Shown: in pieces, positions 20,215 through 30,046 of the stretch
Layout of the letters: each line of letters begins with the position of its first letter
Numbering within the stretch: position 1 is the first letter of the stretch
Assembly (NCBI GenBank): GCA_965218795.1
Contig: OZ244653.1
Location: forward strand, 4,480,001 to 4,544,000
DNA: 64,000 bases
DNA from: a bacterium
Lineage (GTDB): Bacteria > UBA8248 > JACPRG01 > G963555815
Reading direction: 5' to 3'
Translations under genes and position numbers: made by a program
Notes under the pieces: generated by a model
Databases searched by the model: none
Told to the model about the DNA's origin: nothing
The model's input: only the letters and a program-made list of their open reading frames with translations

Positions 20215-20246
20215 GCGTTGCTCACAGCAAGAAAAATTCGAATGAA

Positions 20247-20381
20247 GGCGGCAAGGGACATCGGACAGAGCATCCGTTTCGGATGGGGCTCCGGCCGGGG
20301 GCCCCTTCGGAAGTCCAGCTTCGCTGTCATTGCCCGGCCGAACCTTAGGATTTCCCCCTGTGGAATGGGGGCACCCAAAGG
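20247..20381 (+). other. candidate structured leader RNA / antiterminator loading element
   Basis: ops-like GGCGGCAAG, then stems GGAC/GTCC, CATCCG-ttt-CGGATG, CCCCC-8nt-GGGGG and CCTT/AAGG, directly upstream of the NusG paralog. Confidence 0.45.
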
Positions 20382-20468
20382 CGAATCGAGGACGTAGTTG
20401 TTCGGGTTGATTTGCGCCCGGAAGGTCACTGTAAGTGAGAGAGCGGAGCTACGCCTGTTTCCAGAACG

Positions 20469-21056
20469 ATGGAGGAATCCATGAGCCGGTTGGGGACTAT
20501 TGAAGACAGGGCCCATGGCGTGAATGAGTTGCAGGGTGCGGTCGGACCGGGCTTCCATTGTCCCTGGTACGTCCTGCGGACGCGCTCGCGACACGAGAAG
20601 CTGACCGCCGTACACTTGAGGCAGACCGGTTTCGAGGTGTTCTTGCCTTTGGTGTCTCGGATTCGACAGTGGAGAGACCGCCGCGCACGGGTCGAGTTTC
20701 CCCTGTTTCCCGGCTATTGCTTCGTCCAGTGTGCGATTGGGGACTTTCGGCAGGTCCGAATGACTCCAGGAGCGGTGGATTTAGTAGGGACCGGGGGGCA
20801 TCCCATGCCGGTTCCGGACGAGGAAGTGTCGTCCGTCTGGCAACTCGTCTACTCTACCCTTCCCTTTGATCCTCATCCGACCCTTGATAGCGGAATGACG
20901 GTTCGGGTAATTCGGGGTCCGCTGAAAGACGTGGAGGGGACCCTCATCCGCAAAGTCCCCCACGCCAGGCTACTCGTCGGCATCAACCTTCTCAACCAGG
21001 GGGCAACCGTGGACCTGGATGCCAATGACGTGGTGCCGATCCCGGGAGGTGTATGA
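20469..21056 (+). CDS. UpxY/RfaH-type NusG-paralog transcription antiterminator
   Basis: NGN motifs WYVLRTRSRHEK, FLPL...QWRDR and PLFPGYCFV; KOW motif VRVIRGPL. Confidence 0.92.
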   Translation: MEESMSRLGTIEDRAHGVNELQGAVGPGFHCPWYVLRTRSRHEKLTAVHLRQTGFEVFLPLVSRIRQWRDRRARVEFPLFPGYCFVQCAIGDFRQVRMTPGAVDLVGTGGHPMPVPDEEVSSVWQLVYSTLPFDPHPTLDSGMTVRVIRGPLKDVEGTLIRKVPHARLLVGINLLNQGATVDLDANDVVPIPGGV

Positions 21057-21394
21057 TCGGTAGGCCCTTCTGCAAATTTCATTTATGGGCGGTCGCGCCC
21101 TGCCGATCGAAAAAGCTCAAGACGTGAGGTTGCCGGGAGGCGGGAAAATCCAAAGATGTCTTCGTTCAAGGTTGGTGTGGAACGCCGAGATGGGAGGTCT
21201 CGATCCCGAAGATGATACGTTGTCTTGCGCAGGGGGAGGAGACGAAAGGCGACGTTCAGCCTCTCACACCCTAGCAGATTTCATTCGTACCGAGACACGC
21301 CGAAGTGGGCCACGGCTCTGCGTTGCAGGGGGGAGCCGAGGATTCCTTCCACGCCAGCGGATCCCCTCAAGCCGAAACGGTCGGGTTATCCTGA

Positions 21395-22366
21395 ATGGAA
21401 ATTCTCCAGGAAGACGTCTCTGACGACGAGATGGTCTGCTATTGTCATTCCATCACATTTCAAGAGGCCATGAAGCTCTTGAAGGAGGGGAACGCAAATC
21501 CTTTGATGATGTGTCCGAGAAGACCATCATGCGTACCAATTGTGGCGCCTGTGAGCTTGAAATCAAGGAATACTTCTTTCCCGAGGAGTTGGATCTGCAT
21601 GATAAAGGGAAGCAGGCAGTTCCTTCGCAGTAAGGGGTCTGCATTTTTTCGATGGGTGGATAAGCATAGTCCCCTCATCCACCGGTCGTTCCGCCACGGG
21701 TTCCCCATTTTGATTTCGAGTCAAATCAGGACGCATTTTCGAATCATGAATGTATCTTATCCGGATGCCGCTCTTCCGATTGCTGAGCAAGATGTGTGTT
21801 TTTCTTTTTACGAGTCGACCGGGAAGATCCAATGCGAGCATCAAGCGCTCCTGGGCCCGGAGGAAATCAAGACCTTTGACATCGCAGAAATCTCAGGCTT
21901 TGACTCCGGCTCTGAAGATCTTCAAGTCGGTTATTGCATGTACACGCTTCGTCCAAAGGCTGAAGTTTACTATGGATCTTTGAGGGGATATGTCCAGTTT
22001 GAGACCTCCGGATTCGTTGCCTCGATTCATGAGCACACGTACAGGAAGAAAGGGATACGTTTTTTTATCAGCTCTCGGGATAATCTCAAGGATATGGCCT
22101 ATCTCTTTCTTCATAATTGTTATTCGATCAATGCGAAGATCAAAATCACACTTTGCGATCGGCCGGGAGATCCAATTTCGCAAAGAACCTTGAAGCTTGA
22201 ATCGCATGGTTCCCAATTGCACGCTGTCAAGGATCTTTTTCCGGATCACCTATCTTCTCCTGGTTCGGAGGCCGTTCTGATACATATCGTATCCAGGGTT
22301 CCGGTGACCCCCACTTTCATTTACTGGGACCGGAAAACGGGGATGATCTCGGCGCAACATTTTTAG
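21395..22366 (+). CDS. hypothetical protein with N-terminal BFD-like [2Fe-2S] domain (second Cys pair in -1 frame)
   Basis: CYCHSIT in the main frame. 'KSFDDVSEKTIMRTNCGACELEIKEY' lies in the overlapping frame (21442-21633). Confidence 0.6.
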   Translation: MEILQEDVSDDEMVCYCHSITFQEAMKLLKEGNANPLMMCPRRPSCVPIVAPVSLKSRNTSFPRSWICMIKGSRQFLRSKGSAFFRWVDKHSPLIHRSFRHGFPILISSQIRTHFRIMNVSYPDAALPIAEQDVCFSFYESTGKIQCEHQALLGPEEIKTFDIAEISGFDSGSEDLQVGYCMYTLRPKAEVYYGSLRGYVQFETSGFVASIHEHTYRKKGIRFFISSRDNLKDMAYLFLHNCYSINAKIKITLCDRPGDPISQRTLKLESHGSQLHAVKDLFPDHLSSPGSEAVLIHIVSRVPVTPTFIYWDRKTGMISAQHF

Positions 22367-22399
22367 GCTCTCAAAGCATATACGGAGAGACGGTGCCAT

Positions 22400-23211
22400 A
22401 TGGCGATTCAGACATCGATTCCGGAGATTTTATGGCTTCCAGGCGTTGATCATTATGAGATTTCGGTTTACTTCTCGTGTAACCAATCGTTCATCCATGA
22501 TGTCAAACCTTCTATTCAAGGCGTTGTGAGTGAACATGCCTTCAGCATTAACTGCACGCTGTACGTGAACGGAAACCCTTATCAACGGAAAATCGAAGAT
22601 CGTTTGATGGTGAAGGAAGAGAGCGAGAAGCGCATCCAGAGCTTCTCCTTCCTCCCTGATGCCTTGAGAAGGGAAGAGAATTGTTATCTGGAGTGCTCCC
22701 TGACCACAATGGATGGCTTTTTCGAAAAGATGCCCCTGTCCCCCCCCTTTTGGCTGAAGGCTTGGAAGGAGGGTTCCTTTTTTTATTACCCTGCAATTCC
22801 GACGCATGGGGTCAGGGCGAGTTCTCTGGTTCCCGGAAAGACCAGGTTTTGTGAGCAATTTCCGGCGATCACTTACGAACCGACGCGAGACATGACCACG
22901 GCGCTTGCGATCGTCAATCCGCGAAAGAGAGCGATCCGTGTCACGGTTCAAATGTTCCCGAATCCGAGGGACGGGACGAGCACGACTTTGAGCTGCCTGC
23001 CCACATGGTCCGGGTTCTTCGTTTGCACGAACACTTTGACCTTCAAGGACGGGAAAGAAATTCCGGAGTCCTCGTGCTGTCAGAGCACAGGCCGATCATC
23101 TACTCCGCACATATGAATATCTCCGGCAACGAGATCTATTCGGTGGACCACACCGATGCTTGGCGCACCGAGGAGACGCAAAAGTCGGCGGTTCCGCTCA
23201 GTCTGTACTGA
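22400..23211 (+). pseudogene. hypothetical protein, frameshift near 22975
   Basis: ORF 22400-23116 appears to continue in another frame as 'HDFELPAHMVRVLRL...YSVDHTDAW' to the stop at 23211. Confidence 0.55.
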
Positions 23212-23690
23212 CGCATGAAAATTGCAAAGGCTTTGGTCAGAGGCAAATAGTTCATCTCCTGATGGCAGTGGAAACAGAATACCTTCTTCCGCCTTCCGCT
23301 GAGGGAAAAGAACGGGTTCGAGAAATGTCCTCCTCACTTCAAGCGATGCCTGGACCTCTACCTCAAATTTCTGGAACCGATACAGAACCGGATCTCGAAG
23401 ATCCCCAAGGAAAGTCGAACGGACCTTCAGAGGGTGATTGTTGAAAAGGCCACCAATCCGCGCTGGCTTTTTCGGGATATCCAGAGATGGGTGCCGGACC
23501 GGGAATACTACAATCTTCTCCTGGTTCGAAATCCCGAGTCGGCAACGTCTCCGATCCCGACGAGAGCGCCTATCGTCCCCTATCCCCCGATGTGCGCGGA
23601 ATGGGGACGCTTTCCTCTTCATTCTATGCGGCCGCGGGATTGCAAAAATGGCATCCGGGTGAGGAGCTTCCGAGGGAGAAGGGTTTCGAG

Positions 23691-25517
23691 GTGAAGCGGC
23701 GCGAACACGCAAAAAGGAGCGATTTTGTCGAAATCCTCCAGATTGTCTTACGTTTTTCCAGCATTAGACGGTGGAACTTCGCCATTTTTATCTTCTTGAT
23801 CTTACTGGCGACCCTGTTCGAAGGATTTGGGGTCGCCATGCTGTTGCCCGTCCTGGAGTTCGTGGAAAATCAGGGGGATATTCAGGTCCTCCTGGATTCC
23901 TCTCCCTACTGGAAGCATATTCTGGCTGTTGCGGACTGGTTTTCCGTTTCCGTCACGTTGGCCTCGCTGAGTGCAACTGTCCTGGCTCTTTTAATCGTGC
24001 GTCAGGCCTTCACCTATGGCAGTGCCGTGTACAGCAGCTGGTTGGGGGAGACCATCCTCTCCGACCTCCGCAGCACCGGTTTAAGCCTCCTCCTTCGGGC
24101 TGACGTCGCGTTCCACGAAAAGATAGGATCCTCGAAAACAATTAGTTCATTGACGATAGATGCTTACCAGGGACGAAATTCAGTCGGATCCTTCTTCTCG
24201 ATGATCGGGGCATCCTTGATCCTCCTCTTTTATCTAATCCTCTTGTTCGCCCTGTCCCCGATCATGACCCTTGTGGCCGCGGCTGTCATGGGGATTGTCG
24301 GATTTGTCTTACGGACCCGAGTGAGATGGGTGCGACAGCTCGGTGAGCAAATTTCAAGATTGAACGATTCGATGTCCAAGGTGGTTTCAGAGCGGATGCT
24401 CGGCAGCCGCGTGATCAAGATGGCCGCTTCGGAGTCTCGTGAGTCGGAACGGTTCTCTGAAGTGGTGAAACAGATGAAAACCGCCAGCGTGAAGGTGGCA
24501 AAGATCGTAGCCGGGGTGGAGGCGATTGTGGACCCCCTGGTGGTCGCAGCCGGTCTGTTCATCCTTTTCATGGCGGTGGAATTCTACGGTGCGGCGCTTT
24601 CCAAGGTCGGGATCTTTCTCCTGGTGCTTATACGGCTGCTTCCCTATTCAAAGAATTTGCTGAAGTCCCGCCAGAACTACGTTGCCGCTTTGGGGAGCTT
24701 GCGGGCCGTAACGAATTTGCTCTCCGACGCCAAAGGCGCGGACGTCATCCGGGGAGGGTCGCGGCCGTTCAATTCTCCGAAGAGAGAGATCACCTTCGAC
24801 AAAGTGCGTTTTTCCTATAGCCAGGAGGCGCGTCCGGCTCTGGACGACGTTTCATTCTCGATTCCGGCCGGCAAGATGACCGCCTTGGTCGGACACTCCG
24901 GTGCTGGCAAGTCGACCTTGGTCGACTTGATCCCGCGCTTGCGCCAACCGCAAAAGGGGCGAGTTCTCGTTGATGGGGTTCCCATAGAAGAATTTCGCCT
25001 TGCCGATTTGAGGCGAGCCATTGCGTTCGTTCCCCAGGACTCGTTTCTCTTCGACGACACCCTGGCGAACAACATCCGCTACGCGCGCCCCGAAGCCAGC
25101 TTGGAGGAAGTCCAGGCGTCGGCCCGGCTGGCGTATGCGGACGGTTTCATCGAAGCCTTTCCCGATGGCTATCAGACCCGCGTGGGTGAGCGCGGTGTTC
25201 GCCTCTCGGGGGGGGAGCGGCAGCGCATCGTCCTGGCGAGGGCCCTCCTCCAGAAGACCCCAATTGTTGTTCTGGATGAGCCGACGAGCGCACTGGACTC
25301 CGAATCGGAAGCCTACATCCAAAAGGCGCTGACGCAGATCCAGGCTGAGAGGAAAACGACCTTGATCGTCATTGCTCACCGGCTCTCAACGATCAAGACG
25401 GCGGACCAGATCGTCATGCTGGACAAAGGGTCTGTAGCGGGCTGCGGCAGTCACGAGGAGCTGATCGACCAGGTCGCCTGGTACTCGGGAGTTGCCACCG
25501 TCCAGGCTTCCGTATAG
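23691..25517 (+). CDS. ABC exporter, fused permease/ATPase (PglK/MsbA-like flippase)
   Basis: TM domain with 'FEGFGVAMLLP'. Walker A GHSGAGKST, signature LSGGERQR, LDEPTSALD and IAHRLST. Confidence 0.92.
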   Translation: MKRREHAKRSDFVEILQIVLRFSSIRRWNFAIFIFLILLATLFEGFGVAMLLPVLEFVENQGDIQVLLDSSPYWKHILAVADWFSVSVTLASLSATVLALLIVRQAFTYGSAVYSSWLGETILSDLRSTGLSLLLRADVAFHEKIGSSKTISSLTIDAYQGRNSVGSFFSMIGASLILLFYLILLFALSPIMTLVAAAVMGIVGFVLRTRVRWVRQLGEQISRLNDSMSKVVSERMLGSRVIKMAASESRESERFSEVVKQMKTASVKVAKIVAGVEAIVDPLVVAAGLFILFMAVEFYGAALSKVGIFLLVLIRLLPYSKNLLKSRQNYVAALGSLRAVTNLLSDAKGADVIRGGSRPFNSPKREITFDKVRFSYSQEARPALDDVSFSIPAGKMTALVGHSGAGKSTLVDLIPRLRQPQKGRVLVDGVPIEEFRLADLRRAIAFVPQDSFLFDDTLANNIRYARPEASLEEVQASARLAYADGFIEAFPDGYQTRVGERGVRLSGGERQRIVLARALLQKTPIVVLDEPTSALDSESEAYIQKALTQIQAERKTTLIVIAHRLSTIKTADQIVMLDKGSVAGCGSHEELIDQVAWYSGVATVQASV

Positions 25518-25539
25518 CGGAAGGGGAAGGATCGATTCA

Positions 25540-27081
25540 ATGGAGGCAGTCGTCATCTGGGCGGGCTCCAACTTTAGTTGGCTCTGGGCCTCACTGGCCG
25601 AGAAACTTCGGGCCGAGACGGGGGTGCGGGTCAGCTTCGTGTGCAACACGGAGTTGGACGTGGGCTATTTCAAGGCGATGGACGTCTCGGGCGCCGTAGC
25701 CGACTTCACGACCGTTAATCGATTCTTCCATCTTTACGACGATGTGGACGAGGACGAGGAATCCATCATCCGTCGAGCGCGGAAGAATGAATCGAAATAC
25801 GGTGTCTCGGTGACGGACCTTCTGCAAGTAGACCGGCACCTGGGGCTGGGTTTTTCCCCACTGGGCAGTGGACACCCCAGGTCCCGGTTGAACCGGAAGG
25901 CTTCCTACCTGAAGTCCATCCATTTCTTTAATCGGGTGATGGACTACTGGGAAAATTACCTGAACGAACGCCGGCCAGATCTCATTGTGAACCCGGCTGG
26001 CACCTTCGTGGGCAAGGGATGCGCGGTCGTGGCCCGGGCGCGCGCCATCCCCATCCGGCACATCTCCTGGTCGAGGTACCAGGAATACTTCTACTGGGCT
26101 TTCGATGAATTGGAGCAAGTCCCATATCTTCGGACGGTTTACGACTCCATCCCGCCCGAAACGCATGATGGGCCTCAGGCAATCGTCCGAAACCCGAAGG
26201 CGGAAGCTTGGCGGGAGGATATGATTCGCCGTAAAAGCGTTTTGTACCTGCTCTGGCTTTTGGGGCGCAGTGTCCTTTATGAGTCCTACAGGAAGCTCAG
26301 AAGGGTGACGATGCCGGGAAATTACCTGCTGACGGAGCGGTGGAAGAGTATGATTCGGACCTGCCTGGATTTCAAGCGGCTGAACCGCCGCCGTCTTTTT
26401 ACAATGGGAGACCTGAAAGGCAAGGATTTTGTCTTCTATCCGCTTCACACCGAACCCGAGACCTCCTTATCCGTCTTGTCGCCGGAGTTTAACGAGCAGC
26501 TCGCGATTATCCATCTGATCGCCAAGAACCTTCCCGCCGGCGTCACCCTGGCTGTCAAGGAGCACCTGTACGGCATTGGCGGCCGACCCGCGGGTCTTTA
26601 CCGCTCTTTAGAGCAGATCCCGAATGTGGTCATGGCATCCCCGTATGAAAACGCCGTGGAGTTGGCGAAACTGAGCAAGTGCGCGATTGTCATCACGGGC
26701 ACCTTGGGCCTGGAAGCGGCGGCCTTGGGGGTTCCCGTCATTTCTTTCGGCCAGCACAACATCTATGACTTCGTTTCCCACGCCCACGTGGTCATCTCCT
26801 GGATGGAGCTCCGAGAGCTTCTTTCCTCAATTTGCCTCGGAGATGACCCTCAGGCCAAGGAACGACGCGGCCGGGACGGGGCCCGGCTTCTGCACGCTAT
26901 CCGCCAGATCTCCTTTGACCTGTCTGGAATTGAATGGTCCCACGGGATGGGGACTCCCAGCAAAAAGAAGCGACCTTCACCAGAAGTGGTCGATCGTATA
27001 TTCCTTCCCCTGATGGAAAGCCTCCAAGAGAGCATGTTGGAGGATTTGGGAACCGGAGGGACCCACGTTGCGACCCGCTGA
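25540..27081 (+). CDS. KpsS/Capsule_synth-like GT-B protein (candidate ulosonate transferase)
   Basis: Motifs FYPLHTEPE, VKEH and ITGTLGLEAA..G.PVI.FG. Confidence 0.7.
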   Translation: MEAVVIWAGSNFSWLWASLAEKLRAETGVRVSFVCNTELDVGYFKAMDVSGAVADFTTVNRFFHLYDDVDEDEESIIRRARKNESKYGVSVTDLLQVDRHLGLGFSPLGSGHPRSRLNRKASYLKSIHFFNRVMDYWENYLNERRPDLIVNPAGTFVGKGCAVVARARAIPIRHISWSRYQEYFYWAFDELEQVPYLRTVYDSIPPETHDGPQAIVRNPKAEAWREDMIRRKSVLYLLWLLGRSVLYESYRKLRRVTMPGNYLLTERWKSMIRTCLDFKRLNRRRLFTMGDLKGKDFVFYPLHTEPETSLSVLSPEFNEQLAIIHLIAKNLPAGVTLAVKEHLYGIGGRPAGLYRSLEQIPNVVMASPYENAVELAKLSKCAIVITGTLGLEAAALGVPVISFGQHNIYDFVSHAHVVISWMELRELLSSICLGDDPQAKERRGRDGARLLHAIRQISFDLSGIEWSHGMGTPSKKKRPSPEVVDRIFLPLMESLQESMLEDLGTGGTHVATR

Positions 27082-27313
27082 GAGTCTCAGACTCACAGGG
27101 CGGAAGTGGGGGGAGCCGGGACGGAGTGACCGCCCTTGAGCTTGGGTGGTTGCGGTGTCGTCTTGGGGATGGATGTTCATCGGGACCTACTGGTGGCGGA
27201 GGCGGATTCCTTATCCCGGATGAATATCGGGCCTTCAGCGGCACCCCTTCACGCGATGTCCTCTCTTTGTGGAATCGGCATTCCTCCCGGTTGCCTGAAG
27301 AACGGAAAGCTGA

Positions 27314-28930
27314 GTGAAATCCAGAACCCTTCTTGACGTTCGCTCCGTCATGCGCGAGGGCGTCGAAGTGTGGCAGAAATATTTTTTCTGGCCCATCTCG
27401 ATCCATGACGGCCCCCGACTCTACGCTGACTTGAACGATGTTTTAAAGCGGATGATAAAAGAGTGCGCCGACGAGGAGATGAAGAGGGTTTTGGTGGTGG
27501 GTTATCTAGTAGCCTGGGAATGCTGTCAGCCCCTCATGGCCTTGAAGCAGCTTCAATCCCTGGAAGGTCTGGGATATGATCCGGTTCCGGGGTCTCAGTC
27601 CGATCTCTATCGGGCCCTGCTTGAGGGAGAGCCAATCCCCGGCCCCTTGTCAACGAAGATGTGGGATATTTCCCGTCTTCGCTTGAAGACCGCGCTGCGG
27701 ACTCCCATTAACTTCTACTTTTCCTGGAAGTACAACTTGGCGGCCGGCAAGTTGCCGCGACTGGGCGGGTCGAAGGAGGGTCGCCGCTGGGTGGCGCTGT
27801 ATCAGCCGGGGCCCGTTTGCGAGAACTTCATGGCCACCCTCCCCCATTGGGTCCACGTCCGGTTGATTGTCACGTGGTTCAATCATGGCGGCCTCCCTCG
27901 GCTCTCCGATGATTTGGATCGAAGAATTGACCGACAGGTCGAGAAGTGGGTCTCCGGGGTGGAAGAGGTGGCAGAGCGGCACGACGTTCGGGTGAAGGAT
28001 GAGATTCTTGAGCACACCGGGGCTGTGGCTGCCACCATTTTTCGCCGAGTGGCCAAGGACCTGATCCGGGTTCGGGACGCCCTGAGGAGGGAAGGGCCGA
28101 TCCACTACCTGGGCGTCAGCGGCACAAACTATTATTCTCGCATACTGAGTCTTATCGTGTCCGAGCTTGGCGGGACGGTGACGGCCTTTAGTCATGGGGG
28201 AGACACCTGTCGTTACCTGCGGGATTACTCCATTCTCGAGTTCTCCACGTGCGACAACTTTGGGGTCCAGAACGCCAACTGTGCCGGCTTGTTCCAGCAT
28301 GTCTTCGAGGTCTTTCCACCGCCATCGAACCGCCGGGTTCAGTTCCTGGCGGCTGGAGACCCTCAATATCTGTCTGCTTGGCGGCAGAATCGTTCCCGAG
28401 GGGCGCCAACCCGGATCAAGCGGGTCATGTTGATTGGAGAGGCATATCATGGAGATCGATTCCTGCCCTTCCAATATCCGGATTTGGTGAGACTGGATTT
28501 CAAGTGGCGCATTGTTCAGACGCTCCGGACTGCAGGCTATCAGGTGCTGTATAAACAACATCCGGGGGGGATCTTCAGAGGCGAACAGATCGATTGCTTT
28601 CCGCCGGATGTAGAAGTTGTGCGCGCCCCGTTCGAGACAGTGCTGGACCAGGCGGATGCCTTTGTGTTCCCCAACAGCTACTCCACCACCATGCCGTATT
28701 CGCTCTGCACGCAGAAGCCGGTCATTTATCTCCGGACCGGTTTCGAACCTTGGTTGGAACAACCCTATGAGTTGTTCAGCAAAAGGGCGCAGGTTGTGCC
28801 CTGCGGGGTGGATGAGCGAAATCGAATCGAGTTTGACGAGCAGGCGCTCTTGAGAGCCCTCAGGGAAAGACCGGAGAAACCCGACGAGGGGTTCTTGCGT
28901 ACCTATCTCATTCCCGAGGGGCTTTCCTGA
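27314..28930 (+). CDS. hypothetical GT-B-like protein
   Basis: 538 aa ORF with SHGG, YKQHPG and 'STT...LCTQKPVIYL', resembling polysaccharide transferase C-domains. Confidence 0.55.
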   Translation: MKSRTLLDVRSVMREGVEVWQKYFFWPISIHDGPRLYADLNDVLKRMIKECADEEMKRVLVVGYLVAWECCQPLMALKQLQSLEGLGYDPVPGSQSDLYRALLEGEPIPGPLSTKMWDISRLRLKTALRTPINFYFSWKYNLAAGKLPRLGGSKEGRRWVALYQPGPVCENFMATLPHWVHVRLIVTWFNHGGLPRLSDDLDRRIDRQVEKWVSGVEEVAERHDVRVKDEILEHTGAVAATIFRRVAKDLIRVRDALRREGPIHYLGVSGTNYYSRILSLIVSELGGTVTAFSHGGDTCRYLRDYSILEFSTCDNFGVQNANCAGLFQHVFEVFPPPSNRRVQFLAAGDPQYLSAWRQNRSRGAPTRIKRVMLIGEAYHGDRFLPFQYPDLVRLDFKWRIVQTLRTAGYQVLYKQHPGGIFRGEQIDCFPPDVEVVRAPFETVLDQADAFVFPNSYSTTMPYSLCTQKPVIYLRTGFEPWLEQPYELFSKRAQVVPCGVDERNRIEFDEQALLRALRERPEKPDEGFLRTYLIPEGLS

Positions 28931-29119
28931 CTTCTTGTTGAGAACGGGTTCGGAAGGGGATTCGATTCGCCCAGTCCGGCGCGCATGGAAGGTTGGTGAC
29001 GCGATGTGGATCGAACCACCGAATGTGGCCTTTTCCGAGCAGGTGGTGACGCCGAGTCGATCCCTTGCTTTTTGGCGGTCCAGGACGGGAGGGCCCTGTT
29101 TGCTTCAGATGTTTCAGCG

Positions 29120-30046
29120 GTGACGGTCAAGCAATCCCTTGGGACTCTCCTCATCACCGGCGCCAGCGGCCTCTTGGGAAGCAATCTATGCTTTCACTTT
29201 CGAGAGCGTTGGCGCATCGTCGGTTTGTACTGTCAGAATCCCTTGTACATGGAAGAGGTCGAAGGCTGCTCTGTCGATCTGCTGGATTTTCGAACCCTGG
29301 ATGCAATCGGCGACATCGTCCCTGACGTGGTGATTCACATGGCAGCCCATGCGAATGTTGATTCGTGCGAGGCGAATCCGAGCGAAGCGCGGCGGCTCAA
29401 TGTGGGTGCAACGCGGCACCTCAGACATCTTTGGCCCGATGCGTATTTTGTCTATGTTTCCACGGACAGCGTGTACGGCCAAGGGAAAGGGCCTCATCAA
29501 GAAGATGGCGAACTCTGTCCTCTGTCGGTCTATGCCCAAACGAAGCTTGAGGGAGAGGCCGCGGCGATGGAGATCCCCGCCCGGACCTCCGTCCTTCGGA
29601 CGTGCATTTACGGGGTGAACTACCAGACCAAGGAGAGCTTGGCCGAGTGGATGTGGAACCGACTTTCATCGGGTGAGGGTTTCGATGGGTTCACCGACGT
29701 TTATTTTTCGCCGATTCTCGTCAACGACCTGGCTCGGGTTCTCGAGGCCGTTATCGAGCGGCCTCTCAAGGGGACCTACAATGTGGGTTCGGTCGAGGGT
29801 TGTTCAAAGTTCCATTTCGGGCGTCGGTTGGCAAAGCTGGGGCGGTTTGATCCCGCCCTGGCTCGCCCGAAGCAGGGCGGGGCCCTCCAGTTGCGTGCGC
29901 CCAGGCCGTTATCTCCGTTAATGGACGTGGAGAAAGTCCAGCAAGCTCTGGGAAAATCCATGCCGAGCGTGGAGGCGGGGCTCGAGAGTTTTTGCGCGCT
30001 TCTGCAGGGTGGGTATCAGGAGCGGCTCAGAGGAAGCAGGTCGTGA
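29120..30046 (+). CDS. RmlD-like SDR (dTDP-4-dehydrorhamnose reductase family)
   Basis: Motifs ITGASGLLG, STDSVY and YAQTKLEGE. Confidence 0.85.
   Translation: MTVKQSLGTLLITGASGLLGSNLCFHFRERWRIVGLYCQNPLYMEEVEGCSVDLLDFRTLDAIGDIVPDVVIHMAAHANVDSCEANPSEARRLNVGATRHLRHLWPDAYFVYVSTDSVYGQGKGPHQEDGELCPLSVYAQTKLEGEAAAMEIPARTSVLRTCIYGVNYQTKESLAEWMWNRLSSGEGFDGFTDVYFSPILVNDLARVLEAVIERPLKGTYNVGSVEGCSKFHFGRRLAKLGRFDPALARPKQGGALQLRAPRPLSPLMDVEKVQQALGKSMPSVEAGLESFCALLQGGYQERLRGSRS

Noticed and set aside
22740-22747. C8 run (also G8 runs near 34974 and 62945) as phase-variation sites
   Set aside because: Short, in frame and unremarkable in GC-rich DNA.
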